Counted from the first letter of the stretch, positions 36,484 through 46,772 are shown. The stretch: 64,000 bases of DNA from Candidatus Woesebacteria bacterium GW2011_GWB1_38_8b (GCA_000993115.1 LBVN01000007.1:3587-67586); one strand, 5' to 3'. The notes: generated from the sequence alone by a model not told the origin. Translations and numbers: made by a program.

Positions 36484-38109
36484 CTAAACTGATTTTCCGA
36501 AGTTATAGAAAAGGAAGCTGTAATCAATTATGTCAACAATTCCATCTCCATTAATATCTGCCCTCTCGTCGAATGGTGTTTTTGCAAAATTGTAAAACAG
36601 TATTCCGTAATCAACAATATCAACCCCACCATTGACGTCACAATCGCCAGGAAACGCAATTCTGACAACTCTATTAAGAGCAAAGCCAAGTCGGTCATTA
36701 GAAGCAGCGAGATTCCAGGTGAACGAAGAACTGTTCGTTACAGCAAAATCGCACGAATAGACATTATTAACATTTGCAGAATTATAAAAACATAATCTGC
36801 TCAAATTACCGTTAGCCAATTGAGAAAACTCTAAAGTTCTCTGTCCACCACAGTCCTTAAAATCAGCTACAGACGCTTGTAATCTAACGGTAGTCGTACG
36901 TGAATTAAATATTACCATGTCAGCAGGTAAAATAAGGTTGTTATTAAAGATTGGTGTACCTAATGCACAAGTCGGAGTTGGAGTAAAAGTAGAGGTAGGA
37001 GTTAAAGTGAAAGTAGGCGTAACGGTTGCTGTAGGAGTCGGAGTATTTGTCGGGGTATTAGTCGGTGTATTAGTCGGTGTATTGGTGGGTGTAGGCGAAG
37101 GTGTCCAGTTTCCAGTAGCTGTATCTTCATTGTTGGTTTCGTTGAGCTCGATAATAGTATTGGTATAATCTACATACGCCCGATAGTTATACCAACCATT
37201 AACTGTTCCATTGGGAACAGTCTGGGTGACTTGATAAGATTGATTTACACCAAGGCCAGTCGTTCTAGTATTTAATAATGCTAATGAATTATTCGGGTTA
37301 GTACATCCACTTGTCGTGCAGTAAGCTGTATGCAACCTAATAGAGGTACCAGAGGGAATTGCGGCTGTACCATTATTGCTTACTGTTGTTGTAAATGTGA
37401 AAAGGCTATTTCCTACAACTCCTGCGCTCGGAATAAAAACAGTCAAGTCAGGTCGTAAAGCTATAGTTGGGGTCGGTGTGTTTGTAAAAGTTGGAGTCGG
37501 AGTATTGGTAAATGTTGGAGTTGGTGTTCTAGTTGGGGTTGGAGTGCTGGTTGGTGTCGGTGTAGGTGTTCCAACAACTAAATTCAAATTAGTGGTATTT
37601 TGTAAAACATTATTCCCTGGGTCTTCCAAGGAAGCAACTAAAGTTCCGGTACCAAAAGTCACAGAGGTACTTGGAGAACTCGAAAAAGGTGCTGAAGCTA
37701 TAATGGTTGCTACGAGACCAGGAGTAGTTGCATATACTCTTGTTGCAGGATTTATCCAAACAACGTAGAAAATTGTTCCGGCAACGTTATCAATTTCTTT
37801 TTTTACTACATCCACCTGACCCGGTAGAAATGTGCCTAAGGTGACATCGCTTACGTTAATATACCTGGGGTCGAAGTGAATATCCAACTGAACTCCAATA
37901 ACCTGGTTATTTCCAGGCGTTGCGTTGACATCAATAGAAAAACTCTGTCCGGGGTGAATTAAAGTAGTATTAGTTGTCATGGAAAGGCTGGTAGAAGGAG
38001 CTGCCTCTTCTCTAATATCCTGGCTGGATCTTAAAAGGTAGATTCCTATAAATGCACCGACTGCAATAATTAACACCACTAAAAGTTGAAGCATTACCTT
38101 CTTTGACAT
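36484..38109 (-). CDS. Surface protein: TM anchor, cohesin-like, PT linker, CARDB, PT linker, unknown domain, dockerin
   Basis: PGQSFSIDV..GVQLDIHFDP; PDL..VSNNG..VDYTNTIIELNETNN; GDCDVNGGVDIVDY..ADINGDGIVDIIDY. Confidence 0.8.
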   Translation of the reverse strand: MSKKVMLQLLVVLIIAVGAFIGIYLLRSSQDIREEAAPSTSLSMTTNTTLIHPGQSFSIDVNATPGNNQVIGVQLDIHFDPRYINVSDVTLGTFLPGQVDVVKKEIDNVAGTIFYVVWINPATRVYATTPGLVATIIASAPFSSSPSTSVTFGTGTLVASLEDPGNNVLQNTTNLNLVVGTPTPTPTSTPTPTRTPTPTFTNTPTPTFTNTPTPTIALRPDLTVFIPSAGVVGNSLFTFTTTVSNNGTAAIPSGTSIRLHTAYCTTSGCTNPNNSLALLNTRTTGLGVNQSYQVTQTVPNGTVNGWYNYRAYVDYTNTIIELNETNNEDTATGNWTPSPTPTNTPTNTPTNTPTNTPTPTATVTPTFTLTPTSTFTPTPTCALGTPIFNNNLILPADMVIFNSRTTTVRLQASVADFKDCGGQRTLEFSQLANGNLSRLCFYNSANVNNVYSCDFAVTNSSSFTWNLAASNDRLGFALNRVVRIAFPGDCDVNGGVDIVDYGILFYNFAKTPFDERADINGDGIVDIIDYSFLFYNFGKSV

Positions 38110-38229
38110 ACTTCATTATTGATTAAAAGATATTTAAAATGCAATAGTCAACTAAATGCCTATTGACAGCTTGTACTTTTTGAAATAAATTTACGCTTAA
38201 TTTTCTGCCCCACATAATATATTTTTTTA

Positions 38230-38832
38230 ATGCTTTCTTTAAAACTTAATCAAATATTAAAGCCTTTAAAATTTCATGAGAGTTCGTTAAGTGTAATTTT
38301 TGGTATAGTATTTATTGTAATAATAGGCATATTTGTAATAAATTATATTTCTAAAAATAAAGGCGAAATTACAATTCCAACAGTATCCGGAGAAAATTCC
38401 ACTTCATTAAAAATTCATAAAGTCGAAAAAGGTGATGATCTTTGGAAAATTTCCGAAAAATACTATGGAACCGGATATAAGTGGGTCGAAATTGCAAAAG
38501 AAAACGAAATAAAGAATCCTGGATTAATAGAGGTAGGACAAGAAATTAAAATTCCTGAAACATCTCCTGCAGTTACTGTTACCGTTGCTCCACCTAAAAC
38601 CGAAATACTAACTACAACCACATCTTTAGTAGCTACAGAAGTTGATAAAGCAGTTGTCAAGGCTGATGTAATCACATCTGAAACTTATGTAGTTGAAAAA
38701 GGAGACAATCTATGGAAAATTTGTGTCAGGGCATACTCCGACGGCTATAAATGGACAGATGTCGCCAAAGCAAATAAATTGAAAAATCCGAGTCTGATAC
38801 TTCCAGGTATGAGCCTTACACTACCAAGGTAG
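38230..38832 (+). CDS. Membrane-anchored double-LysM peptidoglycan-binding protein
   Basis: HKVEKGDDLWKISEKYYG and YVVEKGDNLWKI..NPSLI.PG. Confidence 0.92.
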   Translation: MLSLKLNQILKPLKFHESSLSVIFGIVFIVIIGIFVINYISKNKGEITIPTVSGENSTSLKIHKVEKGDDLWKISEKYYGTGYKWVEIAKENEIKNPGLIEVGQEIKIPETSPAVTVTVAPPKTEILTTTTSLVATEVDKAVVKADVITSETYVVEKGDNLWKICVRAYSDGYKWTDVAKANKLKNPSLILPGMSLTLPR

Positions 38833-38871
38833 CGCTAATATATTGTATAATTATTCCCGTGATATCAAATC

Positions 38872-38942
38872 GCGGGATTAGTTAAGCGGCCTAACGCTAC
38901 CTTCCCAAGGTAGAGAAAGGGGTTCAACTCCCCTATCCCGCT
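38872..38942 (+). tRNA. tRNA-Gly(CCC)
   Basis: GCGGGAT/ATCCCGC acceptor, CTACC-TTCCCAA-GGTAG, GGTTCAACTCC. Confidence 0.92.
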
Positions 38943-38959
38943 CTAAATTTAGTTCGTTT

Positions 38960-39391
38960 ATGAATAAAACAACTACATACACCCCCTATATTATCCCCGT
39001 TTCAGTGAAAGGTGTTGTGTTTGATGGAGGCAAGGTTTGGTTAAGGCAAAATGAACGAAACGAATGGGAATTACCAGGAGGTAAATTAGACGAGGGTGAG
39101 CAACCAGAACAAACGATAAAAAGAGAATTACAAGAAGAACTAGGTTTTGAAACAGATGTAAAAGATATTATTCAATCCTACTTGTATATTATAAAAACAT
39201 CAAATGACGAGTCACGGGGTGTTTTAGTTATTTCATATCTATGCCAAATTTTAAAAAAGACTGGAAAATTCGAAATTAATAGTGAAGCTGGTCCGTCAAA
39301 ATTTAAGCAGTTTAGTTTGGAAGAAATTAAGGATTTGAATATACCCGAGTTTTATAAAAAAGCAATTTTAAAAGCTTCTAAGTTGAATTGA
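38960..39391 (+). CDS. NUDIX hydrolase
   Basis: WELPGGKLDEGEQPEQTIKRELQEELG Nudix box. Confidence 0.92.
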   Translation: MNKTTTYTPYIIPVSVKGVVFDGGKVWLRQNERNEWELPGGKLDEGEQPEQTIKRELQEELGFETDVKDIIQSYLYIIKTSNDESRGVLVISYLCQILKKTGKFEINSEAGPSKFKQFSLEEIKDLNIPEFYKKAILKASKLN

Positions 39392-39879
39392 TGAAAAATA
39401 AAGAATTCCTACATGAAATTGCAATAACGGCCATTATCGTTAAGAAGGGAAAATATTTAATTACCAAACGCTCTTCAAATAAGAAAAGATTTCCAGGCAA
39501 ATGGACTGTGCCGGGTGGAAAACTTGAAACTGATGATTACATAAATCTTCCAAAAGATACTGAATTTTATTGGTATAACGTATTGGAAAAAGTTTTACGA
39601 AGGGAGGTAATGGAAGAAGTTGGTGTTGAAATAACTAATATTGAGTATGTCACAAGTTTAGCTACAACACACAGTGATGGTAACCCCTCTTTGGTAATTT
39701 CATGTATGGCAGATTATGTTTCAGGGAAAGTCAAATTGCAAAAAGAGGAAGCCGATGAATATGGTTGGGTTAGTTTAGACGAAGCCAAAAATTATGATCT
39801 TATTGACGGCATTTATGATGAACTTGTAATGGCGGAAAACAAAATTAAAGGGGTAAAAAGCGAATGGAAAAGAAATTAA
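39391..39879 (+). CDS. NUDIX hydrolase
   Basis: WTVPGGKLE..(insert)..LRREVMEEVG. Confidence 0.9.
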   Translation: MKNKEFLHEIAITAIIVKKGKYLITKRSSNKKRFPGKWTVPGGKLETDDYINLPKDTEFYWYNVLEKVLRREVMEEVGVEITNIEYVTSLATTHSDGNPSLVISCMADYVSGKVKLQKEEADEYGWVSLDEAKNYDLIDGIYDELVMAENKIKGVKSEWKRN

Positions 39880-39969
39880 ATATCTTATAACTTCAAAAGT
39901 ATTTCAAATGCAATCCTATTTTTAAAACTGCTATAATATCACTTGTAGCCAGGGTATCAGAGAGAATCT

Positions 39970-40041
39970 GCCGGTGTGGCTCAATGGTAGAGCGATCCCT
40001 TCGTAAGGGATAGGTTAGAGGTTCAAGTCCTCTCATCGGCT
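39970..40041 (+). tRNA. tRNA-Thr(CGT)
   Basis: GCCGGTG/CATCGGC acceptor, ATCCC-TTCGTAA-GGGAT, GGTTCAAGTCC. Confidence 0.94.
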
Positions 40042-40094
40042 CATGAGCCTATTGTTAAGTGTTTAGGTCCCGGGAGAGAAAGCGATTTTTATTT

Positions 40095-40811
40095 ATGCGT
40101 GATTATATTTCAAGAAGACAAAAGGTTCAGCAGAAAAAAAACGTGAGATCGACTCTATTTTTTATAATCCTCACTATTTCCACTTTTTTTATATTGATAT
40201 TTTTCGGAATTCCGCTTGTTGTTAAGTATGTAGGATTTTTAACAAACCTTAAAAAAAGTAATGATCAAATTGATCAGGAAGACACGACTCCTCCACCCCC
40301 TCCTACTTTTGAATATTTCCCTGAGAGTACGAAAGAATCTGATATCGAAATCAAAGGGTTTACTGAGCCCGGATCGATTGTTGTTCTTTATATTAATAAT
40401 GAAGCTAATGAATTAGTTACTGACAATGAGGGCGGTTTTAGTTATAAATTGACCCTTACTGGGAACGAATATGTTGTCGAGGCAATTGCAAAAGATAAAA
40501 GCGGAAACGAAAGTAAGCGTGTAGTGGGAGGTAAAATCGTGATTGATAAAGAGCCACCTGAACTCACTATCAATAAACCAGCCGACAAAGAACAGTTTTT
40601 CGGTTCAACAAATAAACAAATCAGGATTGAGGGTACAACGGAAGCGGAATCTAAAGTAAATATAAACGGAAGAAACGTGATAGTTGATTCATCAGGAGCA
40701 TTCACACATTCTATAACACTGAACGAAGGAGAAAACGCCTTTAGTATAACATCCGAGGATCAAGCAGGAAACAAAAACGAGAAGATTATAACTGTTTCAT
40801 TCTCCTTCTAG
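40095..40811 (+). CDS. Single-TM protein with two bacterial Ig-like domains
   Basis: DTTPPPPP, GFTEPGS, AKDKSGNES, DKEPPEL, LNEGEN, DQAGN. Confidence 0.8.
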   Translation: MRDYISRRQKVQQKKNVRSTLFFIILTISTFFILIFFGIPLVVKYVGFLTNLKKSNDQIDQEDTTPPPPPTFEYFPESTKESDIEIKGFTEPGSIVVLYINNEANELVTDNEGGFSYKLTLTGNEYVVEAIAKDKSGNESKRVVGGKIVIDKEPPELTINKPADKEQFFGSTNKQIRIEGTTEAESKVNINGRNVIVDSSGAFTHSITLNEGENAFSITSEDQAGNKNEKIITVSFSF

Positions 40812-41022
40812 AAATGTAAGCGTCTCCCATTATAACAAACGACTCAAGACTTTTTATAACACTATTTACGAACCCTTTTGTACCTTCTAAGATATTAAAC
40901 TTTAGTAAGTAACTCCTTAAAAAAGTAGCAGCCGGGTTATTTAGGACAGTAAAAAAACTCGATTGACGCTGGTTCCTTTTTGATTTATTTATTATTTTGT
41001 TAACAGTCTGAGATAATTCCAT
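40786..41022 (-). CDS. Small protein resembling the C-terminal helical part of WaaE/KdtX-like GT2 enzymes
   Basis: PAATFLRSYLLKFNILEGTKGFV resembles the P..F...Y..K.GFLDG..GF motif. Confidence 0.45.
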   Translation of the reverse strand: MELSQTVNKIINKSKRNQRQSSFFTVLNNPAATFLRSYLLKFNILEGTKGFVNSVIKSLESFVIMGDAYISRRRMKQL

Positions 41023-41039
41023 TAGATAAAATAATCTAG

Positions 41040-41492
41040 TTATACAGTTCTCAAAATCAAATAAACAATAATTAAAAATAAAAATACATATACGGTTATA
41101 TTATAGACGAACTTTGTAGGATCATTTTTTTCTTTTATAAGTTTCTGAAAACCCATGCCCAGTAGATAATAAATCACTAAGTTAACAAAAATTATTAAAA
41201 TAAAACTAATAATTACAGGTAAAGTAAAAGGTAAATATTTTATAATACTTCCCAATACAATGTACCCGGGTAAGCTGGTCAAAGTATAAATATAAATTCC
41301 AGCGAGTGTACAGACTTGTCGACCACCCAAATTTATACAAAAAGTCGTATTAAAAGCCGGAATTATTTTATAAATTAAATAAAGAATCAACCCTAAAAAT
41401 AAAGACAAAACATATGTTGTAGGTAGCAATAATTTATAATTATTTTTTAGTTTTGTTCTAAGTGTTTTAAAGTTTTTAATTTTTCCAACCAT
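41040..41492 (-). CDS. Hypothetical membrane protein
   Basis: Hydrophobic ORF; TATAAT-N6-ATG start. Confidence 0.65.
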   Translation of the reverse strand: MVGKIKNFKTLRTKLKNNYKLLLPTTYVLSLFLGLILYLIYKIIPAFNTTFCINLGGRQVCTLAGIYIYTLTSLPGYIVLGSIIKYLPFTLPVIISFILIIFVNLVIYYLLGMGFQKLIKEKNDPTKFVYNITVYVFLFLIIVYLILRTV

Positions 41493-41507
41493 GTTTATAT
41501 TATACAT

Positions 41508-41951
41508 TCAAAACTTACTTTTAATTTTATTAATAAATATATTGGTTGCAATGAAAAAAACACAGTTATATAAAAACCCTGATACAATTAACTTTCCGGC
41601 TGAAAAAGAATAAATTGAATAAGGAATACCGACTGAGACTGGTGGGTTTTTCCAAAAGAAAATTGATAACACGAAATACTGTGCCACTGCAGTTACAAAC
41701 ACGATAAATAAAGAAATTACCAATGTTCTCAAAACACCTTCCTTCATAAAATCCATAACAAATCTTTTATCGGTTGAGAAATTTGCCAAGCCATAAAATA
41801 TTATAATAGTTACACCTGCGAGAATAATTAAAATCTTTTCCCAAAAGCCAGGTGTCGGTCCGTTTGTGAAAAAAGCATAGTAAATTATGGCTAAAAAAAT
41901 AGAAAATGGATATGAATTGCGTTTAAAAAGTCCAATTATATCTTTCCCCAT
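41508..41951 (-). CDS. Hypothetical membrane protein
   Basis: 147-aa ORF with about 4 TMs. Confidence 0.65.
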   Translation of the reverse strand: MGKDIIGLFKRNSYPFSIFLAIIYYAFFTNGPTPGFWEKILIILAGVTIIIFYGLANFSTDKRFVMDFMKEGVLRTLVISLFIVFVTAVAQYFVLSIFFWKNPPVSVGIPYSIYSFSAGKLIVSGFLYNCVFFIATNIFINKIKSKF

Positions 41952-41977
41952 ATATAATATTCATCATATAATAATTT

Positions 41978-42245
41978 ATGACTGATATTCCAGGCACAAC
42001 ATCAACTAAATCAAAAAAGGATATCGTAAAAGACGATAGCAGTATTCAGTTAAAAACGGTTATTAACATAAAAAGCATACTAACGGGGAAAATTAAACCT
42101 ACCGCATTAAACTTTAATAATAAACAATTTAAAAATTGGGTAATAGTTTCTTCAGTTCTGACTTTAATTTTTGTTTTATTTTTATCGCTTACCAGTTACA
42201 AGTTTCTGATACTCGCTTTTTCCGGCCCAGGAATAGGGGTAGTGT
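41978..42245 (+). CDS. 5' part of a hypothetical single-TM protein, apparently truncated at a junction
   Basis: TATAAT-N5-ATG, charged N-terminus, TM; beyond ~42245 the frame is just antisense of the methyltransferase. Confidence 0.5.
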
Positions 42246-42738
42246 CGTGCAGAGTTGCGTGTTTTCTTAGATATTGGATCTCCTCTACTTCATCGGGTGA
42301 TTTAAATGTCAAAAATGCTTTTCCACCGGGTTTCAAAATTGTAAAAATATCTTGGAGAAGAAGCGCTGTTTCACTCTTGTCAAAATAATTAAGCGAAAGT
42401 CTTGAATACGCAATATCAACAGTAGCCGGCTTTAACGGAATTCTATGAAGACTAAAATCTACTTGTTTAATTATTAATTTACTTTCAAAACCTTTTTTCT
42501 TGGCATTCGCCATTGCAATACCAAGTGCGTATTGTGAAATATCCAAAATAATAACACTATGACCTTTTTCCAAAAAATACATAGCATCAGCACCAACTCC
42601 ACCTCCCAAGTCAATAATTACGGAATTTCTGGGAAATAAAGCTTCTTTTTCCTGAGCATATTTTGATACAATCAATCCTCCGGTGGCAGTTTTCTGATGA
42701 TATAAATCCCAAACCTTAGAATCTTTCTCAAAACTCAT
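42196..42738 (-). CDS. Class I SAM-dependent methyltransferase, probably 3'-truncated
   Basis: IIDLGGGVG, ILDIS, ILKPGG. Confidence 0.85.
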   Translation of the reverse strand: MSFEKDSKVWDLYHQKTATGGLIVSKYAQEKEALFPRNSVIIDLGGGVGADAMYFLEKGHSVIILDISQYALGIAMANAKKKGFESKLIIKQVDFSLHRIPLKPATVDIAYSRLSLNYFDKSETALLLQDIFTILKPGGKAFLTFKSPDEVEEIQYLRKHATLHDTTPIPGPEKASIRNL

Positions 42739-42824
42739 AATTCATGATACCACTTTTTGAAAAAATAATGAGCAAAAATGGTAAGCATAGCTTGGCCACG
42801 TTGAGCGTGGTAAAATATGTTTAA

Positions 42825-42898
42825 GGATGCATAGCTCAGCTGGTTAGAGCGTTCGATTCACATTCGAAAGGTCCCAGGTTCGAATCCTGGTGCGTCCA
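42825..42898 (+). tRNA. tRNA-Val(CAC)
   Basis: GGATGCA/TGCGTCC acceptor, TTCGA-TTCACAT-TCGAA, GGTTCGAATCC. Confidence 0.94.
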
Positions 42899-42915
42899 CA
42901 ACATTTTTTAATACT

Positions 42916-43542
42916 ATGAAAGTGTATATAGTCAGACATGGTCTAAGTGTAGACATGGCTAACGGCATTTACCAGCGGCCTGATTCTCCACTTAACGGTG
43001 ACGGAATAAAACAAGCTAACGCTGCAGCAGTTAGATTCAAAGATATTCCTATTGATATTATTTGGTCCAGTCCCCTTAGAAGATCTTTTGAAACAGCTCA
43101 AATAATAAATAAAATAATAAATAAAAAGCTAGTTCTCGAAAACCTTCTAGAAGAGGAACATAGACCTTCCGAAATAATCGGAAAAGAAAAAACCGATATC
43201 AAATCGATTGAAATTGTTAAAAAACTAAATCAAAATTACGGTAGAATAGGTTATAGATACTCTGACGAAGACACGTTTGAAAATTTAAAAACACGAGCGT
43301 CTGACATATTACAAAAATTAATTAAGCAAAAATACGATTCTATTCTTCTGGTAACACACGGAGATATTAGCAAAATGCTTTTAACAACTATTTTTTACCA
43401 GCTCAAATTCCCCGTTTCTAAATATATTCAAATTCAAAATTTATTTTCTTTGAGTAAAGGAGCATTAAGTTTGTTGGTATTTAACCCACAAATCGGATGG
43501 AAAATTGAGTTTTGGAATGATAAATCTCATCTCGAGAATTAA
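42916..43542 (+). CDS. Histidine phosphatase family protein
   Basis: IVRHG, SSPLRR, LVTHG. Confidence 0.92.
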   Translation: MKVYIVRHGLSVDMANGIYQRPDSPLNGDGIKQANAAAVRFKDIPIDIIWSSPLRRSFETAQIINKIINKKLVLENLLEEEHRPSEIIGKEKTDIKSIEIVKKLNQNYGRIGYRYSDEDTFENLKTRASDILQKLIKQKYDSILLVTHGDISKMLLTTIFYQLKFPVSKYIQIQNLFSLSKGALSLLVFNPQIGWKIEFWNDKSHLEN

Positions 43543-45020
43543 GCTAATGGTCTTCCCTGTTCGTTTGATCCATACCCGCTGACATGAATTAGATTTGCTT
43601 TTTTCAACTCACTAATTGAATGTGAACCTGTATAGCTCATTGCCGACCGTAGACCTCCAACATATTCCATTAAAAGTTCCTGAGTTGAACCTTGATATGG
43701 AGTAAAAGTTTCTCGGCCTTCCGGAGCGTAAACAGTGATGTTTGTCGAAGTGCTACTAATTTTCTTTCTGTCTTCCAAAACACCCTTTGACGCCATACCT
43801 CGAACTCTTTTCTGCAATGTCCCGTTAATTCTCACAGTATCCCCGGGGCTCATATCTGTTCCTGCAAACAAACTACCTATCATAACTGTATCCGCACCAC
43901 AAGCTATAGCTTTAGAAGGATCACCCGGCTCGCGTACTCCACCATCCGATATAATTGGCAGCGCTTTCTTTATATTTTTTAAAGCCCTGCTAACTTCCAA
44001 CACCGCTGTTATTTGAGGTACTCCCGTCCCTGCAACGTTTCTTGTTTTACAAACAAACCCGGGTCCAATTCCTACTTTAATTCCATCTGCACCCGCCTCG
44101 TAAGCAAAAAGCGCTCCGTCATAGGTTGCAATATTTCCAACAATAATAGGTATTTTAATATTTTCTTTAACTTTGAGCTTACGTATCATTTCTTTTGTAT
44201 ATACCGAATGACCGTGTGCTATATCCAAAAATATAACATCGACACCTGCCTCTACGACAAGTAAAGCTCTCTCCACATCCACTTCGTGCACACCTATAGC
44301 CGCCCCAACGATCAATCTTCCACGATTATCGGTTGCAGCATTAGGATATCTATTAATAAGTTCGTAATCTTTTAGTGTATAAACCCCTAAAAGTACATTT
44401 GCCTTATCAAGTACAGGAAGTTTTTCTATTCTGAAATCTCTCATTATTTTCACCGCCTGCGTCAAACTCGTTCCATCTTTTGCAGTAATCAATTTTCTTA
44501 TACCGTTTCCGGTGACCGAAGTCATAACTTTGGAAATTAATGTTTCGTTGTTTCCAGCATTGAAATCCTTATTTGTTGCGATACCACAAATATTCCCTTC
44601 GAATTTATCCCCTTTAAAAACTAAAACATAACCACGGTTTCGTTTTTCCAACAAATTTAGCGCATCTGATATTTTTGCCTTAACAGAAACCATCGGGGGG
44701 TTTGTTTCTATAGTTCTCATTTTTTCCTTGACTATTCTAACCATTTCTGCCTGTTGTGATGGAGTATTATTACGGTGAATTTCACCTAATCCTCCGTTTA
44801 AAGACATCACTTCCGCCATTTTTTCACCTGTTACAGTATCCATTCCGGAAGATATAAACGGTATATTTAATTTCGGAGCTCCTTTTGCAACTTCGGTTGA
44901 AGTATCTATTTGATTACTGTAACGTGATTTGATATCGGAATAACTTGGCTTTAGGTATACATCAGAAAATGCCAAAGCTTCACCTTCATTATAAAAATTG
45001 ATTTTTGGAAAGTTTTTCAT
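43539..45020 (-). CDS. guaB: IMP dehydrogenase with CBS domains
   Basis: [44 protein letters not shown]. Confidence 0.92.
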   Translation of the reverse strand: MKNFPKINFYNEGEALAFSDVYLKPSYSDIKSRYSNQIDTSTEVAKGAPKLNIPFISSGMDTVTGEKMAEVMSLNGGLGEIHRNNTPSQQAEMVRIVKEKMRTIETNPPMVSVKAKISDALNLLEKRNRGYVLVFKGDKFEGNICGIATNKDFNAGNNETLISKVMTSVTGNGIRKLITAKDGTSLTQAVKIMRDFRIEKLPVLDKANVLLGVYTLKDYELINRYPNAATDNRGRLIVGAAIGVHEVDVERALLVVEAGVDVIFLDIAHGHSVYTKEMIRKLKVKENIKIPIIVGNIATYDGALFAYEAGADGIKVGIGPGFVCKTRNVAGTGVPQITAVLEVSRALKNIKKALPIISDGGVREPGDPSKAIACGADTVMIGSLFAGTDMSPGDTVRINGTLQKRVRGMASKGVLEDRKKISSTSTNITVYAPEGRETFTPYQGSTQELLMEYVGGLRSAMSYTGSHSISELKKANLIHVSGYGSNEQGRPLA

Positions 45021-45113
45021 TACACCCGACTATTATTGGTTATATAATTGTTTTAGTCAAATATTAAATTCCTTTACTTGTAATTTTTACTAAGTTTTAA
45101 ATATAATATACAT

Positions 45114-45671
45114 ATGCTGCAAAGGTTGGGTGCTTTTTTTTTGGACATAATTGAAGTTGTTGTTTTTGCAATTGCAATATTTTTATTTATCTACCTTCTT
45201 ATTATGCAGCCCCATAAAATAAAAGGGGATTCTATGCAACCAAATTACCCCGATGGGGAATATCTTCTTACTGATAAAATCTCATATAGATTCGGCGAAC
45301 CCAAAAGAGGAGACGTTGTTGTTTTTGAAGCCCCGGGTACTAATGGAGATGAATATATAAAGCGTATAATCGGGCTTCCAGGAGAAAGTGTTAAAGTTGA
45401 AGGCGGTAAAGTATTCGTAAACGGCAAAAGTCTAAATGAAATGTATCTGACATCCACGCTTTATACAAGCTCGGGAGCTTTTTTGACTGAAGGCAAAGAA
45501 GTTACAGTTCCCACTGATAATTATATTGTTTTTGGTGATAACCGCTTGGCATCTTCGGATTCAAGAGCGTGGGGATTGGTTTCAAAAGACAAACTAAAAG
45601 GTAAGGCATTCTTTATCTATTGGCCGCCAAAAAGTTTTGGTATGACGGAAGTTGTAAATTATAATATCTAA
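45114..45671 (+). CDS. lepB: Signal peptidase I
   Basis: GDSMQP, YIKRIIGLPG, GDNR..SSDSR. Confidence 0.96.
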   Translation: MLQRLGAFFLDIIEVVVFAIAIFLFIYLLIMQPHKIKGDSMQPNYPDGEYLLTDKISYRFGEPKRGDVVVFEAPGTNGDEYIKRIIGLPGESVKVEGGKVFVNGKSLNEMYLTSTLYTSSGAFLTEGKEVTVPTDNYIVFGDNRLASSDSRAWGLVSKDKLKGKAFFIYWPPKSFGMTEVVNYNI

Positions 45672-45675
45672 GTAT

Positions 45676-46524
45676 TTAGGAAGTTATAGATTTATAAATT
45701 TTCTGAAGCCTTTCCTCAGTATCCTCCAATCCGCCTTTAAACGTAAAAACTAGCCGTGTTTCACGGCGTGATCGTATGAGTTTTACAGAAGTTTGTTTTG
45801 TATCATCACCATTTCCGATTAAAGAAAGTGCATTTTGCAAATCACTTTGCATTTTATCTACATCTTCAGAAACAATTCTTAAATCAGTCTGTCTAACACT
45901 TGGCTTATGCATATTCTGGCCTGATTTAGCTTTCATTCTTCGTGCCAGCTCTTCTGCTCTTCGTACCGATCCGGACTCTCTTAAAATTATCTTATAGGCT
46001 TCTATCATCAGGTTTGTATCATCAACGGCTGCCAATGCCCGTGCATGACCCTCACTTATTAACCCGGACAAAAGCCCATCTTTAAGTGCATCCGGGAGTG
46101 ATAATAATCTTATTGAGTTTGAAACGTATGCAACTGATTTTCCGATTCTTACTGCAATTTCAGAAGTTGAAAGCCCAAACTCACTTTGTAATCGTTCAAA
46201 ACCTTTTGCGCGGTCGAGTGCATTAAGATCGATTCGCTGTACATTTTCAACTAAGGCCATCTCAAGCATTCCTTTTGGAGAAGTTTCACGAATAATTACA
46301 GGGACATGAGAAAGGCCTGCAAGTTTGGAGGCTCTCCAACGCCGCTCCCCAGCGATAATTTGAAAACCGGCCGGAGTTTTCGCAACTACAAGAGGCTCTA
46401 ATATTCCGTGTTCTTTTATTGAATCAACAAGATCAACTAAACTTTCGGGAGTAATCGCACCGCGAGGCTGGAGAGGATTTGGTTGAAGTTCATCTATTTT
46501 TAATTGAACAATTTCTTCTGCCAT
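45676..46524 (-). CDS. parB: ParB/Spo0J partition protein
   Basis: PNPLQPR, IIAGERRWRA, ENVQR, SEGHARAL. Confidence 0.95.
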   Translation of the reverse strand: MAEEIVQLKIDELQPNPLQPRGAITPESLVDLVDSIKEHGILEPLVVAKTPAGFQIIAGERRWRASKLAGLSHVPVIIRETSPKGMLEMALVENVQRIDLNALDRAKGFERLQSEFGLSTSEIAVRIGKSVAYVSNSIRLLSLPDALKDGLLSGLISEGHARALAAVDDTNLMIEAYKIILRESGSVRRAEELARRMKAKSGQNMHKPSVRQTDLRIVSEDVDKMQSDLQNALSLIGNGDDTKQTSVKLIRSRRETRLVFTFKGGLEDTEERLQKIYKSITS

Positions 46525-46526
46525 AT

Positions 46527-46772
46527 TTATTTTACTGAAACCAACGTTTTTCCAAGTCTTTTTGAAAATTTAACAACCCCTTCTTTAATTGAAAAAAGAG
46601 TATGATCACGGCCAACTTTTACATTTCCGCCTGCGTGATACTTTGTACCTCTTTGTTTAATTAAAATTGAACCTCCCGTTACTTTTTCCCCATCAGCTAC
46701 TTTAACCCCCAAATATTTTGGCCGGGGTCTTTCCTGAATTCTTAATTTACCTGCTGCTTTATGCTTTGACAT
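46527..46772 (-). CDS. rpmA: 50S ribosomal protein L27
   Basis: KYLGVK..QRGTKYHAG.NV.VGRDHTLF. Confidence 0.97.
   Translation of the reverse strand: MSKHKAAGKLRIQERPRPKYLGVKVADGEKVTGGSILIKQRGTKYHAGGNVKVGRDHTLFSIKEGVVKFSKRLGKTLVSVK

Noticed and set aside
36970..37572. Short tandem repeats
   Set aside because: They are degenerate codons of Pro/Thr linkers.
38821..38832. CTACCAAGGTAG resembling the tRNA-Gly anticodon arm (possible att site)
   Set aside because: Short, gapped, inside the LysM gene end, and no integrase is present.
45756..45772. parS-like TGTTTCACG in parB
   Set aside because: Half-site only; the second arm does not match TGAAAC.
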